From: Candidatus Latescibacterota bacterium
GTDB lineage: Bacteria > Latescibacterota > UBA2968 > UBA8231
Assembly (NCBI GenBank): GCA_965217585.1
Contig: OZ244561.1
Span: 4,352,001 to 4,416,000 of the forward strand
DNA: 64,000 nucleotides
Direction of reading: 5' to 3'
Below the pieces are notes generated by a model, which worked only from the letters and a program-made list of their open reading frames with translations, had not been told where the DNA came from and made no database searches. Position numbers and translations under genes: made by a program. Of the stretch, positions 40,361 through 49,589 are shown piece after piece. Position 1 is the first letter of the stretch. Every line of letters begins with the position of its first letter.

Positions 40361-43015
40361 TCAGCCAATATACACCTTGAAAAAGTACTCTATATAGCCC
40401 GCCGACGGACGCAACGAGCCGGAGAATTCGGTAAAAGTCCGAAAAAATCCCATGAGAATGGTCAGGTCATAGCCGCTGTAATTGCTCCTGTTCTGCAGAA
40501 AACCAGTATAGGTATTTTTGCGGAAATCGCGTTCGGGGTTGGCCGGATCAATAGAGCGCTCGGGCAGCAAGGGGAAGCCTTGGACGCCCGTCTTGAGGAG
40601 GGTATTGGGCGTTATGCTGTAGTCGACTTGCAAAATCGGGATCAGCCGGCGCGTCTGGCTGTCGGGGATCTGGCGATCGGGAAATTTGCTGCGCCGGTAC
40701 GTGTGCTTAAAGCGCGGCACAATTTTAAAGCGCTGCCAGTTATAGGTGTAGTCTATCTTGTTGGCTATGGCAAAGTGTGTAATGGTCCCCGGCGATGCCA
40801 GCAGGGGATCGGCCGCGGCTTTGTCGCTCAGATCGACATGCTTGAAGGTGGCGATAGTGCGGATGTTCATCCCGGGCACGGTCCACAGGCCCCACTCGAC
40901 ATAGGTCAGATTGTCGATTGCGTCGCGGTTCTCGAGCAGATCCTGCTGCAGCGAACTCTGGTTGCCAAAGTTGAAAACCGTATTGGGGATGCCGTCTTGC
41001 ACCCACTTGATCCGGTGGTTGGCGCGCACATAACCCAGATCCTGCCAGTCGCGCTGGTACTGGCCCTCGATGTATTCGGCGTCGCTGTCCAATCCCAGGG
41101 TGGGCTGTTCCATCCGGTACGCGCCCAGGCGCAATTGGGCGTGTGAGGTCGGATTGTACCTGAGAAAAGCGTGGAAACCGCGGTGGTCGAGCGGGTACAT
41201 ATAGTCCGCGAGATTGTCGTTCTCCCTGAGGTCGGGCATACCGTTGTTGTTGAAGTCGTCGCCAAAAGACAAATCGGGCGACTCCACGTGGTACTGCAGA
41301 AAAGGCGAGCCCGAGCCCGTGGCCGCAAAATCGAGAATGCCGTCGCCGTCGAGATCTAGGCCCGGAAAAACGCCGTGGCCCACGCCTTGGGAATCGAAGT
41401 AGGGATCAAAGGGATCGTTGTGCTCCAACTCGTCGGGCCAATCGTCGAGATCGTCGTTGTCTTCGACTAGGGCAAAAGGCTGGTACAGCCTGCCGCCCAC
41501 AGTTGGCCCCGCGCCCGAGCTCTGGAATATGGGGAATTCCGTATTGTAGTCGTCCGGCATGTCGAACCACTCACCGCCCGCGTCGACCCGGTCGTGCAGA
41601 GACTTGAGCACATTGAAGTAAAAGACCGAAGAATCGCGCTCCCGGCGCTTGCCCCGGTCGGTGGGCATTTTGAGGTGGTTCGTGCTGCGGGCAAATTCGC
41701 CCTTGATCTCAAAGCCGAGGATCTGGGCATCGAAATCCAGGCCCATGATGCTCAAACCCGTGGGAAAACCGTAGCCGAAGCGCACCTGGCGCAGATTCGA
41801 TCTGTTGCTCGGATGACCCTCCGCCCGCAGAGCGTGGTGCCAATCGTAGTAGAAGTCCTCCTCGCCCGAGGCCAGGAAGGGCACCTGCACCGCGCCGACG
41901 ACATCAACGCTGTAGTCGTCGGCCAGGAGGGCTTCAAATTCGATGTCAGAGACCGTATCCGGCACAGCGAATTGGTAAAAGACCACATCGGCACCGCTGG
42001 CCCGCAGCGGCGCACCTCGGGTGGGCGGGCGCACCTCTCGGGCTATGTCTTCCAACACGGCGGCGAAAAAGGGCCGATTGCTGGCCTCAACCACGGGTTG
42101 CAGCCAGGACTGGTTGCGCCGCAGATAGTCGATTTCGTTGGGCTTGATCTGGATCGTGCTGGTCAGGTCCGGCGTTATGGTGAGCCTGTTGATGAGCTGG
42201 TCGATACGCGCCACCCGCAGCGGCTCGACCAAGACGCCGTCGGCCCGCATGACCACTTGGTGGATCTCCGCCCCTGCGAAAGAATCGTTGGGCGCGTCGT
42301 CGGCAAAGAAGACGAATACGGTTTTCAAGCCGCCCTGGACCAGCCCGGGGACCGCGCCTTTCAAGCCGTTGATCTTGTCCGAAGCTTCCGAATCAAAGCG
42401 GTGCGTATTGACAAAGGTCGTGCCGAGGCGCAAAAAATCGCCTATGCGGCTCTGCCAATGTCCGCCAAAGAGCGAGGTGCCGAAAACGCGGAAATTCTGC
42501 ACGGCGTCGTCGGGGGCCAAGGAGCCGGTGCGAAATTCGAGGGGGTTGGTCAGGTGGGCGGCGACCATGCTAAAGCTGCTCTTGCGCGACGAGCCGTCCC
42601 AGCGGATGCCGTTGAAGCGGGGCAAGTTCAGGGTCATGGGCGTGAAATATGTCCGCACGTGGTCGCCGATGATTAGGCGCGTCGACCAGCGGCCAAAGCC
42701 CTCTTCGGCCATGACGAGCTTGTTGAAAAATCCGTCGTACCGACCGCTGCGCGATTCAAAGCTGCCCCTGACTCCAGGCGCGTCGCGGCGCACTTCGCTG
42801 AATTCGAGGATATCGACGCCGTCGATGAGCAAATCGCCAAAGAGATCAAAGCGGCGGTTCTCCTCCTCGAGGTCGTAGTTCCGGTACCCGGCCCCGCCGT
42901 AGTTCTCAAATACCTCGTTGGCCCATAGCGAGCGAAAATCCCGCGACAGGAACTGGCTGCGAGCCTCCTCGGCGGTCAGGGTCAGGCAGAGCAGAAAGAC
43001 AGAGAAAGCACGCAT
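40361..43015 (-). CDS. Large exported (probable outer-membrane) protein with Asp-rich repeats, paralog A
   Basis: GDHVRTYFTPMTL, VEDNDDLDDWPD, GVFPGLDLDGDG, RENDNLADYMY and GVQGFPLL motifs; alternative start at 43066. Confidence 0.8.
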   Translation of the reverse strand: MRAFSVFLLCLTLTAEEARSQFLSRDFRSLWANEVFENYGGAGYRNYDLEEENRRFDLFGDLLIDGVDILEFSEVRRDAPGVRGSFESRSGRYDGFFNKLVMAEEGFGRWSTRLIIGDHVRTYFTPMTLNLPRFNGIRWDGSSRKSSFSMVAAHLTNPLEFRTGSLAPDDAVQNFRVFGTSLFGGHWQSRIGDFLRLGTTFVNTHRFDSEASDKINGLKGAVPGLVQGGLKTVFVFFADDAPNDSFAGAEIHQVVMRADGVLVEPLRVARIDQLINRLTITPDLTSTIQIKPNEIDYLRRNQSWLQPVVEASNRPFFAAVLEDIAREVRPPTRGAPLRASGADVVFYQFAVPDTVSDIEFEALLADDYSVDVVGAVQVPFLASGEEDFYYDWHHALRAEGHPSNRSNLRQVRFGYGFPTGLSIMGLDFDAQILGFEIKGEFARSTNHLKMPTDRGKRRERDSSVFYFNVLKSLHDRVDAGGEWFDMPDDYNTEFPIFQSSGAGPTVGGRLYQPFALVEDNDDLDDWPDELEHNDPFDPYFDSQGVGHGVFPGLDLDGDGILDFAATGSGSPFLQYHVESPDLSFGDDFNNNGMPDLRENDNLADYMYPLDHRGFHAFLRYNPTSHAQLRLGAYRMEQPTLGLDSDAEYIEGQYQRDWQDLGYVRANHRIKWVQDGIPNTVFNFGNQSSLQQDLLENRDAIDNLTYVEWGLWTVPGMNIRTIATFKHVDLSDKAAADPLLASPGTITHFAIANKIDYTYNWQRFKIVPRFKHTYRRSKFPDRQIPDSQTRRLIPILQVDYSITPNTLLKTGVQGFPLLPERSIDPANPERDFRKNTYTGFLQNRSNYSGYDLTILMGFFRTFTEFSGSLRPSAGYIEYFFKVYIG

Positions 43016-43071
43016 AGGCTCGACGAATCTCTCAGTTGCGGCACCAATAGCTGTTGTACCAAACACATCCG

Positions 43072-45201
43072 CTAATAGGCCAATCCCACCACTCCGGTTA
43101 CAATTTCATCGTCGGGGTCCAGATCGACGATGACGCGGTAGAGGTATAGCCCTGGCGACAACAATTCCCCGCTGTCCGAGCGCCCATCCCAGCGGCCCGG
43201 CAACGGCCTCCCCCCACTCCCGATCGGGGCGTACAGGCCGGCGTCCAACGACTGGCCGGGTAGGGTGCGCACCAACCTGCCGCCCAAATCGTACAATTCG
43301 ATATAGACTCGGCCCCCCTTAACGCGTGCCAGGGTGAAGCCCAGCACCACCTCGTCATTGATTCCATCGCCGTTGGGGGTGAACACCTTGGGATGGGCCT
43401 CGACATCGGCGAGAATGGGCAATTTGAAGTCAATGGTCACCGCGGTCAGCGAATATTCGCGTTCAGTGTCGGGATCAACGCCCTCGAGCGGCTGCACCAA
43501 AAAGGGCGAAGTGGACTCCGGGGCGAAAACCAGTCCCTGGAAATTGTGGGTAGCAGCCAGCATGCGGGTGGTGAAGGGAATGAGTAGATCGGCGTCGGCA
43601 CCGATGGGCGGGTCAAAGGCTATGATCAGGGAATCGTTAGTCGCGTACGTATTGGCCGCGTCAATGGCGGTTCTGTCCACCCCCTCTATGCCGTCCATGT
43701 CCAGGCGCGCCGGCCACGGCGTCAGGATGGCCAGACGCGACACTCCCGCGTCGTCATCGCCAAAGCGGAGCACGAGCGAATAAGTGAAGGTCGTATCTAC
43801 GCCAATGGGCACTTCCAGCGGTACCACTGCGGCCAGGGCCTCGGCTGCAGCCAAATTGCCCGTATTGAAAGACACCTCTAGGCTGTCGAGGCGCGGACCG
43901 CTGGCCAGTTCGCCGGTCGCCATGCGCACCTGGTACTGGAAGAAGCGCCGCGGTTCGGGGACATTGGGCAGAATTTCCCGCTCCCGGCTCCAGGGCGACC
44001 AATCGCTCCAAGTCTCCCCGTCGCTGCCGCTGCGGAAGCGCAGATCCATCTCGGCTTTGGGCGGGACATCCCCGTACCAGCGCACTCGCCCGAAGTCCTT
44101 GTTGTCCTCTAGGCCAAAATCCAGCGGCGGCGACAGGTACGTCCCCTGCTCAACCACACCTTCGCCGAAGACTTCGATCTCGCCTACCCGGGGGTTTGAG
44201 TTGCGATTGGCAAACTCGGTCACCACTAGGCGTACAAAGCGCACCGGCGTGGTGGGAAAGAAGACCTCGGTCTCTTGGAATTCGGTGATCTGGTTGCGCG
44301 CCGCCACATCGAGGAAGCTGACCCCATCCTTGCTCACCAAGATGCTGTACCCGCGCAACGAGTGTTCCTCCCAGGTCAGCCGCGACGGCGGCTGGGTGAG
44401 CACTCGCACCCGGTTGACCGGGAAGAGGCGGCCCATATCGATCTCGACCTCCTGCAGCAGGGCGCTGACCCCTTTGCGGAAAGTCACCGGGGTGTTGACG
44501 CTTCCGTCGACGAGCTTGGGTTCGTCCGAGAAGGTGTTGAAGGCGAGATTCTCGCCCTCCAGCGAGCGCAGTTGCAAACCGCCCCCGCTGGGATCCATAT
44601 CGCCGGGAAAACCGGCTAGACTCTGGGCCCGCGTCAGATCGAGGTCGGCAAATTCGGCAAAATCGCTCGGGTCGAGACTGCTGGCTTGGGAGGGCAACCA
44701 CCTGACCTCCAGACCGTCCTCCTCGTGTTGGGCCAGTTTGTTCTGCTTGATCTCGGTCCAATCGGCTCCTTCTTCGTTGGGCAGCGGGAAACCCGTCCAG
44801 AACCACGGCGTTATGCGATCCGTGGGCGAACTGACGAACTGCACGTCCTCTGCATCGATCACCAGGAAAAAACCGTATTCGGGCCGCGTGCCGCTGTACT
44901 CCACCGCCACCGCAATGATATTGGCCCGCCGCTTAAAAGAGGCCTCCCACGTCTCCACGGTCGTCGGATCGTCGTCAGTGCCCACCAGATCGCCATTGAG
45001 GTACAGGGCGTACTTACCGCCGGCGGCAATGCGCATCTCGCCATCTGCCTTGGCGGCGAATTCAGCGTAGCCCAGATAATAGGAAGTAGCGGGAAAAGTA
45101 CTGATGGTAGTGCGTTCTTGCGCGGCGAGATGGCCTGGCAGCATCAACAAGGCCGCTCCGACTACGAGCCACTTTAAACTCTTCGCTTGTGTTACGCTCA
45201 C
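43072..45201 (-). CDS. Secreted discoidin (F5/8)-like domain protein with C-terminal FTPNGDG(IND)/FlgD-type sorting domain
   Basis: Signal peptide; IDMGR...VNRVR..., RFVRL...EIEVFG; VFTPNGDGIND...WDGR..SG....PGLYLY. Confidence 0.8.
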   Translation of the reverse strand: MSVTQAKSLKWLVVGAALLMLPGHLAAQERTTISTFPATSYYLGYAEFAAKADGEMRIAAGGKYALYLNGDLVGTDDDPTTVETWEASFKRRANIIAVAVEYSGTRPEYGFFLVIDAEDVQFVSSPTDRITPWFWTGFPLPNEEGADWTEIKQNKLAQHEEDGLEVRWLPSQASSLDPSDFAEFADLDLTRAQSLAGFPGDMDPSGGGLQLRSLEGENLAFNTFSDEPKLVDGSVNTPVTFRKGVSALLQEVEIDMGRLFPVNRVRVLTQPPSRLTWEEHSLRGYSILVSKDGVSFLDVAARNQITEFQETEVFFPTTPVRFVRLVVTEFANRNSNPRVGEIEVFGEGVVEQGTYLSPPLDFGLEDNKDFGRVRWYGDVPPKAEMDLRFRSGSDGETWSDWSPWSREREILPNVPEPRRFFQYQVRMATGELASGPRLDSLEVSFNTGNLAAAEALAAVVPLEVPIGVDTTFTYSLVLRFGDDDAGVSRLAILTPWPARLDMDGIEGVDRTAIDAANTYATNDSLIIAFDPPIGADADLLIPFTTRMLAATHNFQGLVFAPESTSPFLVQPLEGVDPDTEREYSLTAVTIDFKLPILADVEAHPKVFTPNGDGINDEVVLGFTLARVKGGRVYIELYDLGGRLVRTLPGQSLDAGLYAPIGSGGRPLPGRWDGRSDSGELLSPGLYLYRVIVDLDPDDEIVTGVVGLAY

Positions 45202-45362
45202 GTTGGACTACCTCGTTTTTTCGGGTGAATACAGACGGACGCCGACTTTAAGCGCGACAATATCGCCCGCAGTAATGCACTCTCTCGATGAGGGCCTCAA
45301 GTTACGCTCTCGAGAAGTAGATGTCAAACAAATTTGAGGGAACGACCTAAGTACACGATAGT

Positions 45363-45433
45363 AATCTAAGTTGTGGTGTAGCCCCGATTTAGGTTTATTT
45401 GCAATCCTCACCCACCACCGTATCGACCTAATC
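45363..45433. repeat. Dispersed intergenic repeat, copy 2
   Basis: About 45 bp of high similarity to 21419-21465, followed by caccca...gaccta in both copies. Confidence 0.75.
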
Positions 45434-45870
45434 AGTCAAAGCCGCTCTTTTGCGGGTAGTCTCCGAGTTTTGACAGGGAAAGGAGCATTTATACAGTGAC
45501 GGAACTGATGGGGCAGCAGAGTTATTGGCCGAAGCGTTGGACTCCTATCCGAATCGGCATCCTGAACGAGCGGGGACCTAATCTTGCGCTGGTAGGCTCG
45601 CACGCCAATCTGATCACGGCAGCGATGTTTCTCACGGGCATGGCGGCCAATCCGATGGTGGCGAAGACAGCCAACGCGGTGTTTGGCGTCACCTTTGATT
45701 GGGGAACGTGGGCACTTGGATCGTTGGTTCCGGGACTCGTCGGACTAGCTCTGTTGCCGGTATTTATCTTTTTTCTAGCAAAGCCGACACTGACGGACAC
45801 TCGTGAAGCGCAGGCGGTCGCGCAAAGGGAACTTGAGGAGATGGGTAGGTGGAGCAGGGGCGAAAAGATT

Positions 45871-47204
45871 GTAAGCCACTGTCAGCTAAAGCAGACAGCT
45901 TTCACGGACTACGCTTGAGATCCCTTCCTCTACGTTAGCGTCCGTAGGCCAGCATCTGGCCCTTTTCAAGATGTTTCTGGCCGCGTTGACATCGCGGTTT
46001 AATTCGCATCCACAGGAGCATTTGTGCACACGAACGGCCAAAGACTTCCTCGCCCAAGCATCGCATTGAGAGCACTGCTGAGAGGTGTTCTTAGGGTCAA
46101 TAGCTACAAGCTGGCAACCAGCACTTTCAGCCTTGTAACCGATCATAGCTTTGAACATCCCAAGTCCTGCATCAGCAGCGGATCGAGCGAGTGTTTTGCT
46201 TTGGGTCATAAAAGCCAGCGGCAAGTCTTCAATCGCTATCAGCGCATAGTCTTGGGTCAGCTTGTGAGTCAGCCGATGCCAAAAGTCTTTGCGCTGCTGT
46301 TTGATTTTGTCGTGCAGACGGGCGACTTCGTATTTGGACTCGTAAAAGCGATTAGAGCCTTTCTTTTTTCGCGACAGAGACCTTTGAGCGACTCGAAGTT
46401 TGGCAAGCGAACGCTTCAACCAGCGAGGGTTTTCAATGAGGGTGCCGTCCGACAAAGCCAACAGAGAATTTAGTCCCATGTCGATTCCAACGGCGAGACC
46501 AGACTTCAGCGACTTAGGCTCTTGGCCGTCGTCACCGAGAAAGCAGACATACCAACGTCCCAATCGCTGAGTAAGGACGACCTGCTTGAGCATGCTTTCA
46601 GGAATATTCCGATGCAGCTTGACCTTAATGAGGCCAACATGCTGGACGTAGAGCTTGTCGTCCGAGAGCTTGCATCCGTCCCCGTGCCGATACTCAAGGG
46701 AGCGAAAACGCTTGAAGGGCTTGAAGCGCGGAAATCCTGGCTTTTTGTCGTCTGGGTGCGGCTTTTTCAGTCTGCGAAAGAAGGCTTGCATCGCTTTGTC
46801 TTGGCGACGAAGAAGCTGTTGGACTTGAGTTGCATTCAAGAGACCAAAGTCTTCGGGCCGCTCTTTTCTGTCGGCCTTAAAGCGACTCCAGAGGGAGACA
46901 AAGTTGAGCGTTTGTCCCTTAGTCCGATAGGCTTTCTTGCGAACATCCAACGCCTCGTTGTAGAGGACGCAAGACTGGTACCGGAGGACGTTGAGAAGGT
47001 CGTCCTGCTCTTGAGTTGGATAAAGCCTAAATCGGTATGCCCGTTGCATGACTATAATGTCTAAAGTTGACACAACCGCCTCAAGAGCTAATCAATGTTT
47101 GGACGTGCTTTTTTTGGCTTTTCTTCAAGGAGCACTTCGGCCCCGTCAGAAAAGCCCCTCCTATCCCCCTGCCAGCTAAAGCAAGCAGTCCCCCGGAGAC
47201 AATT
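45871..47204 (-). mobile_element. IS200/IS605-family element carrying tnpB only (IS1341-like)
   Basis: Related subterminal hairpins at both ends (ctgtcagctaaagcagacag at ~45879; ctgccagctaaagcaagcag at ~47169); interrupts the DASS frame; no tnpA. End coordinates are approximate. Confidence 0.85.
45886..47049 (-). CDS. tnpB: RNA-guided endonuclease TnpB
   Basis: RAYRFRLYPT HTH, GFPRFK, RuvC I VGIDMGL, RuvC II IEDL, Zn finger CSQC..CSC, RuvC III RDVNAARNI. Confidence 0.95.
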   Translation of the reverse strand: MQRAYRFRLYPTQEQDDLLNVLRYQSCVLYNEALDVRKKAYRTKGQTLNFVSLWSRFKADRKERPEDFGLLNATQVQQLLRRQDKAMQAFFRRLKKPHPDDKKPGFPRFKPFKRFRSLEYRHGDGCKLSDDKLYVQHVGLIKVKLHRNIPESMLKQVVLTQRLGRWYVCFLGDDGQEPKSLKSGLAVGIDMGLNSLLALSDGTLIENPRWLKRSLAKLRVAQRSLSRKKKGSNRFYESKYEVARLHDKIKQQRKDFWHRLTHKLTQDYALIAIEDLPLAFMTQSKTLARSAADAGLGMFKAMIGYKAESAGCQLVAIDPKNTSQQCSQCDAWARKSLAVRVHKCSCGCELNRDVNAARNILKRARCWPTDANVEEGISSVVRESCLL

Positions 47205-47588
47205 ATGGATTGGTGGTTTGCTGACTATGGCGAGAAGCCTCAAAGAGCACGGGTTCATTGATTGGTTTGCCCAGGCTGTCGGCGCACATTGCCGCGATGG
47301 GTACTGTGTTTTTAGCGGTGGCACTAGGCGCGGGGGCACCGGCGATGCTCACGGTCGCCATATTCGCATATTTTTCTAATCTCTGTGGGTGTACAACCAA
47401 CTACTCGACGGGGCCGGTGATTATCTACTTTGGTTTAGATTATGTATCACCTAGAAGGTGGTTCGCTAACGGTTTTTTGGTGTCGCTGTATCATCTGGTA
47501 ATTTGGTTGGGTGTCGGGCTGGTCTGGTGGAAGATGCTTGGTTGGTGGTAGTTGGGATTGAGCCGCAGGGTAGAGTACCTCGACGTTC

Positions 47589-48660
47589 CTAAATCCATTT
47601 GTATTCGCTCACGTCGATATCGAATCGCTTCGCCGTCTCTCGCATGTCCGCCAGCGTCACGTGATTGAGAGGGATTCCCTTTGCACGATACTCGGCGCGG
47701 CGAATCGCTTCTAGCTCGCCCGGGGCGTACACTCGGTCAAAACCGGGAGCGAGCCGGCAGTCGTGGATCTGCTGGATGGCGGTGTCCACTCTTGACTTGA
47801 AGCGTTCGACGTCCTCGAAGGAGGCGATGTGGATAGCGGCGACGAAGTGGCCGTCTGCGCCGGGGGTTGGCCCGTCTTCGATGCTGCCCAGTTCGGTCCC
47901 GTAGCTGGCACCGGAAAGCATGGATGCAAGGATGCCCATAATCATCGACAGCCCAGCCCCTTTGAACCCTCCGATGGGGGCTAGTAGGCCGTTGATCGCC
48001 ACCTTGGGATCGGTCGTCGGCTGGCCTTCCCGGTCTAGTGCCCATCCCTCGGGCAGGCGCATCCCTTTCTGTTCGTAGATCCGAATTTTTCCGTGGGAAG
48101 ACCCGCTGAATGCGGCGTCGTACACGATGGGAGCCATCTTCCCCGCTGGTACGGAGAACGCAATCGGATTGATGCCCAAGATCCGCTCGGCACCTCCCCA
48201 GGGTGCCATCGTCGGCAGCGCATTTGTGGTGGCGATTCCGATCATGTCGTGCGGCAGCGCCATGCGGGCGAAATACGCCATGGCCCCGCAATGATTGCTG
48301 CCGCGAATGGCTCCGGCTGCGATGGCCGGTCTTCGCTGCCTTGCTAATCACCTCCCGCATGGCCCAGGTCGTGCCGATCTGGCCCATTGAATTGCGTCCA
48401 TCCACGACGACGAACGAGGGGCCTTCACCGACGACTTCGGGCTTTGCCGTTGGATTCACGCCCTGAGTGGTCAGCTTCTCCACGTACTCGGGCACCCGCA
48501 GGACGCCGTGCGAGTGAGTTCCGCACAGATCCGCGTACACGAGCGAATCGGTCAGCAGGGCGGCGTCCGCTTGCGACATACCGCACCGCTCGAAAATGGT
48601 GGCTACCAACTCCAGTAGCTCTTCTACGTCCACGCGGGTTTCTTCGTCGAATTCGTTCAT
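47589..48660 (-). pseudogene. Ldh_2 family (malate/L-lactate/ureidoglycolate dehydrogenase-like) oxidoreductase with a single-base frameshift
   Basis: SHGVLR and DGRNSMGQ in one frame; SNHCGAMAY, G.NPIA and GGFKGAGL in another. One extra base (GGCC-ATC) at ~48324. Confidence 0.85.
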
Positions 48661-48661
48661 G

Positions 48662-49495
48662 CTATCCTTCTTGCGCCGCTTGCGTAATCGCCGCGATTTT
48701 ATCGGCAAAGCGCACTTGGCTGTCGTCTTGAGGTGCGTAGCCGATTACGCGCCGGGCATTGGCCAAGCTCCAGAAGTTGTGCGCGTTGCCGCTGATGCCG
48801 TAGAAAATCTGGAAGGGTACGCCGTTGGCGTCGCGGATATCTTCGGTCTCAATGCTCTTGACTACCAGTTGCACTTGGTCGCGCACGCTCAGATAGGCTC
48901 CCAAGCCTCGGTGCATTTGCTGTAGATCGTTGCCGCAGCCGTCGATGTCGGTCTCGCGAGGACCGCCGATGCGCAATTGCACATTTTCCAGGGCTGGCCC
49001 TTCCTTACCGCAGGCGAACATGAAGCCCAGCAGTTCATACGAAGCCTTGGCCCAGCCGTAGAAATTGTCCGAGAGGGGCAGCATGTCGGGTGTGACGAAG
49101 TCCATGCGTCCCGACCAGATCAAATTTTCGTAGTAGTCGGCTGCGTGGTTGGAGCTGATGATCACGGCCCGCCGCACGCCTTCGTCTTGGCAGACTCGGT
49201 ACACATTGTGGGCCATGGTGATATTGTTGGTCTCATTCCAGAAGCGCTGTTCGCCCTGCCCGGTTGAGATAAAGCCACAGTGGACTACCGCGTCGGCTCC
49301 TCTGAAGTGTTCCCGATAGGCATCGCGATCTTTTTCTTCTAGATCGGCGATGTGGATTCCTGCGACTTCTTCACCTTGGCGATTGGTCGTTTTCACATCC
49401 AAGAGAACGGTTTCGTAGCGTTCCTTTAGGGCCGGCAACATGCGGCCGGCGACGTACCCGGATGCACCGGTGACGACGATTTTGCGTTTGGTCAT
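48662..49495 (-). CDS. NAD-dependent epimerase/dehydratase (uronate dehydrogenase-like)
   Basis: VTGASGYVA, SSNHA, YGWAK, LRIG and IGYAPQD motifs. Confidence 0.85.
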   Translation of the reverse strand: MTKRKIVVTGASGYVAGRMLPALKERYETVLLDVKTTNRQGEEVAGIHIADLEEKDRDAYREHFRGADAVVHCGFISTGQGEQRFWNETNNITMAHNVYRVCQDEGVRRAVIISSNHAADYYENLIWSGRMDFVTPDMLPLSDNFYGWAKASYELLGFMFACGKEGPALENVQLRIGGPRETDIDGCGNDLQQMHRGLGAYLSVRDQVQLVVKSIETEDIRDANGVPFQIFYGISGNAHNFWSLANARRVIGYAPQDDSQVRFADKIAAITQAAQEG

Positions 49496-49589
49496 GGGGT
49501 CTTCCTAAGCTGTGGGTTTAGTTGAAGGTTTTGGTTAATTGACGGCTGGCGCGGTTGATTTGGCGATATAGGTATTCAAGCGAGCGCGG

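Larger units (their letters stand above)
45496..47551 (+). pseudogene. DASS (sodium:dicarboxylate/sulfate symporter) family gene, fragmented and IS-interrupted
   Basis: Fragments ITAAMFLTGMAANP...ELEEMG, WIGGLL.MA..L...GFIDW and AHIAAM...TNYSTGP..IYFG..YV....W...G...WWKMLGWW lie in two different frames; N-terminus is missing. Confidence 0.85.

Noticed and set aside
35349-45070. Long plus-strand ORFs (35349..36716, 37417..39138, 41594..42676, 43784..45070)
   Set aside because: Antisense shadows of GC-rich coding genes, with no recognisable motifs.
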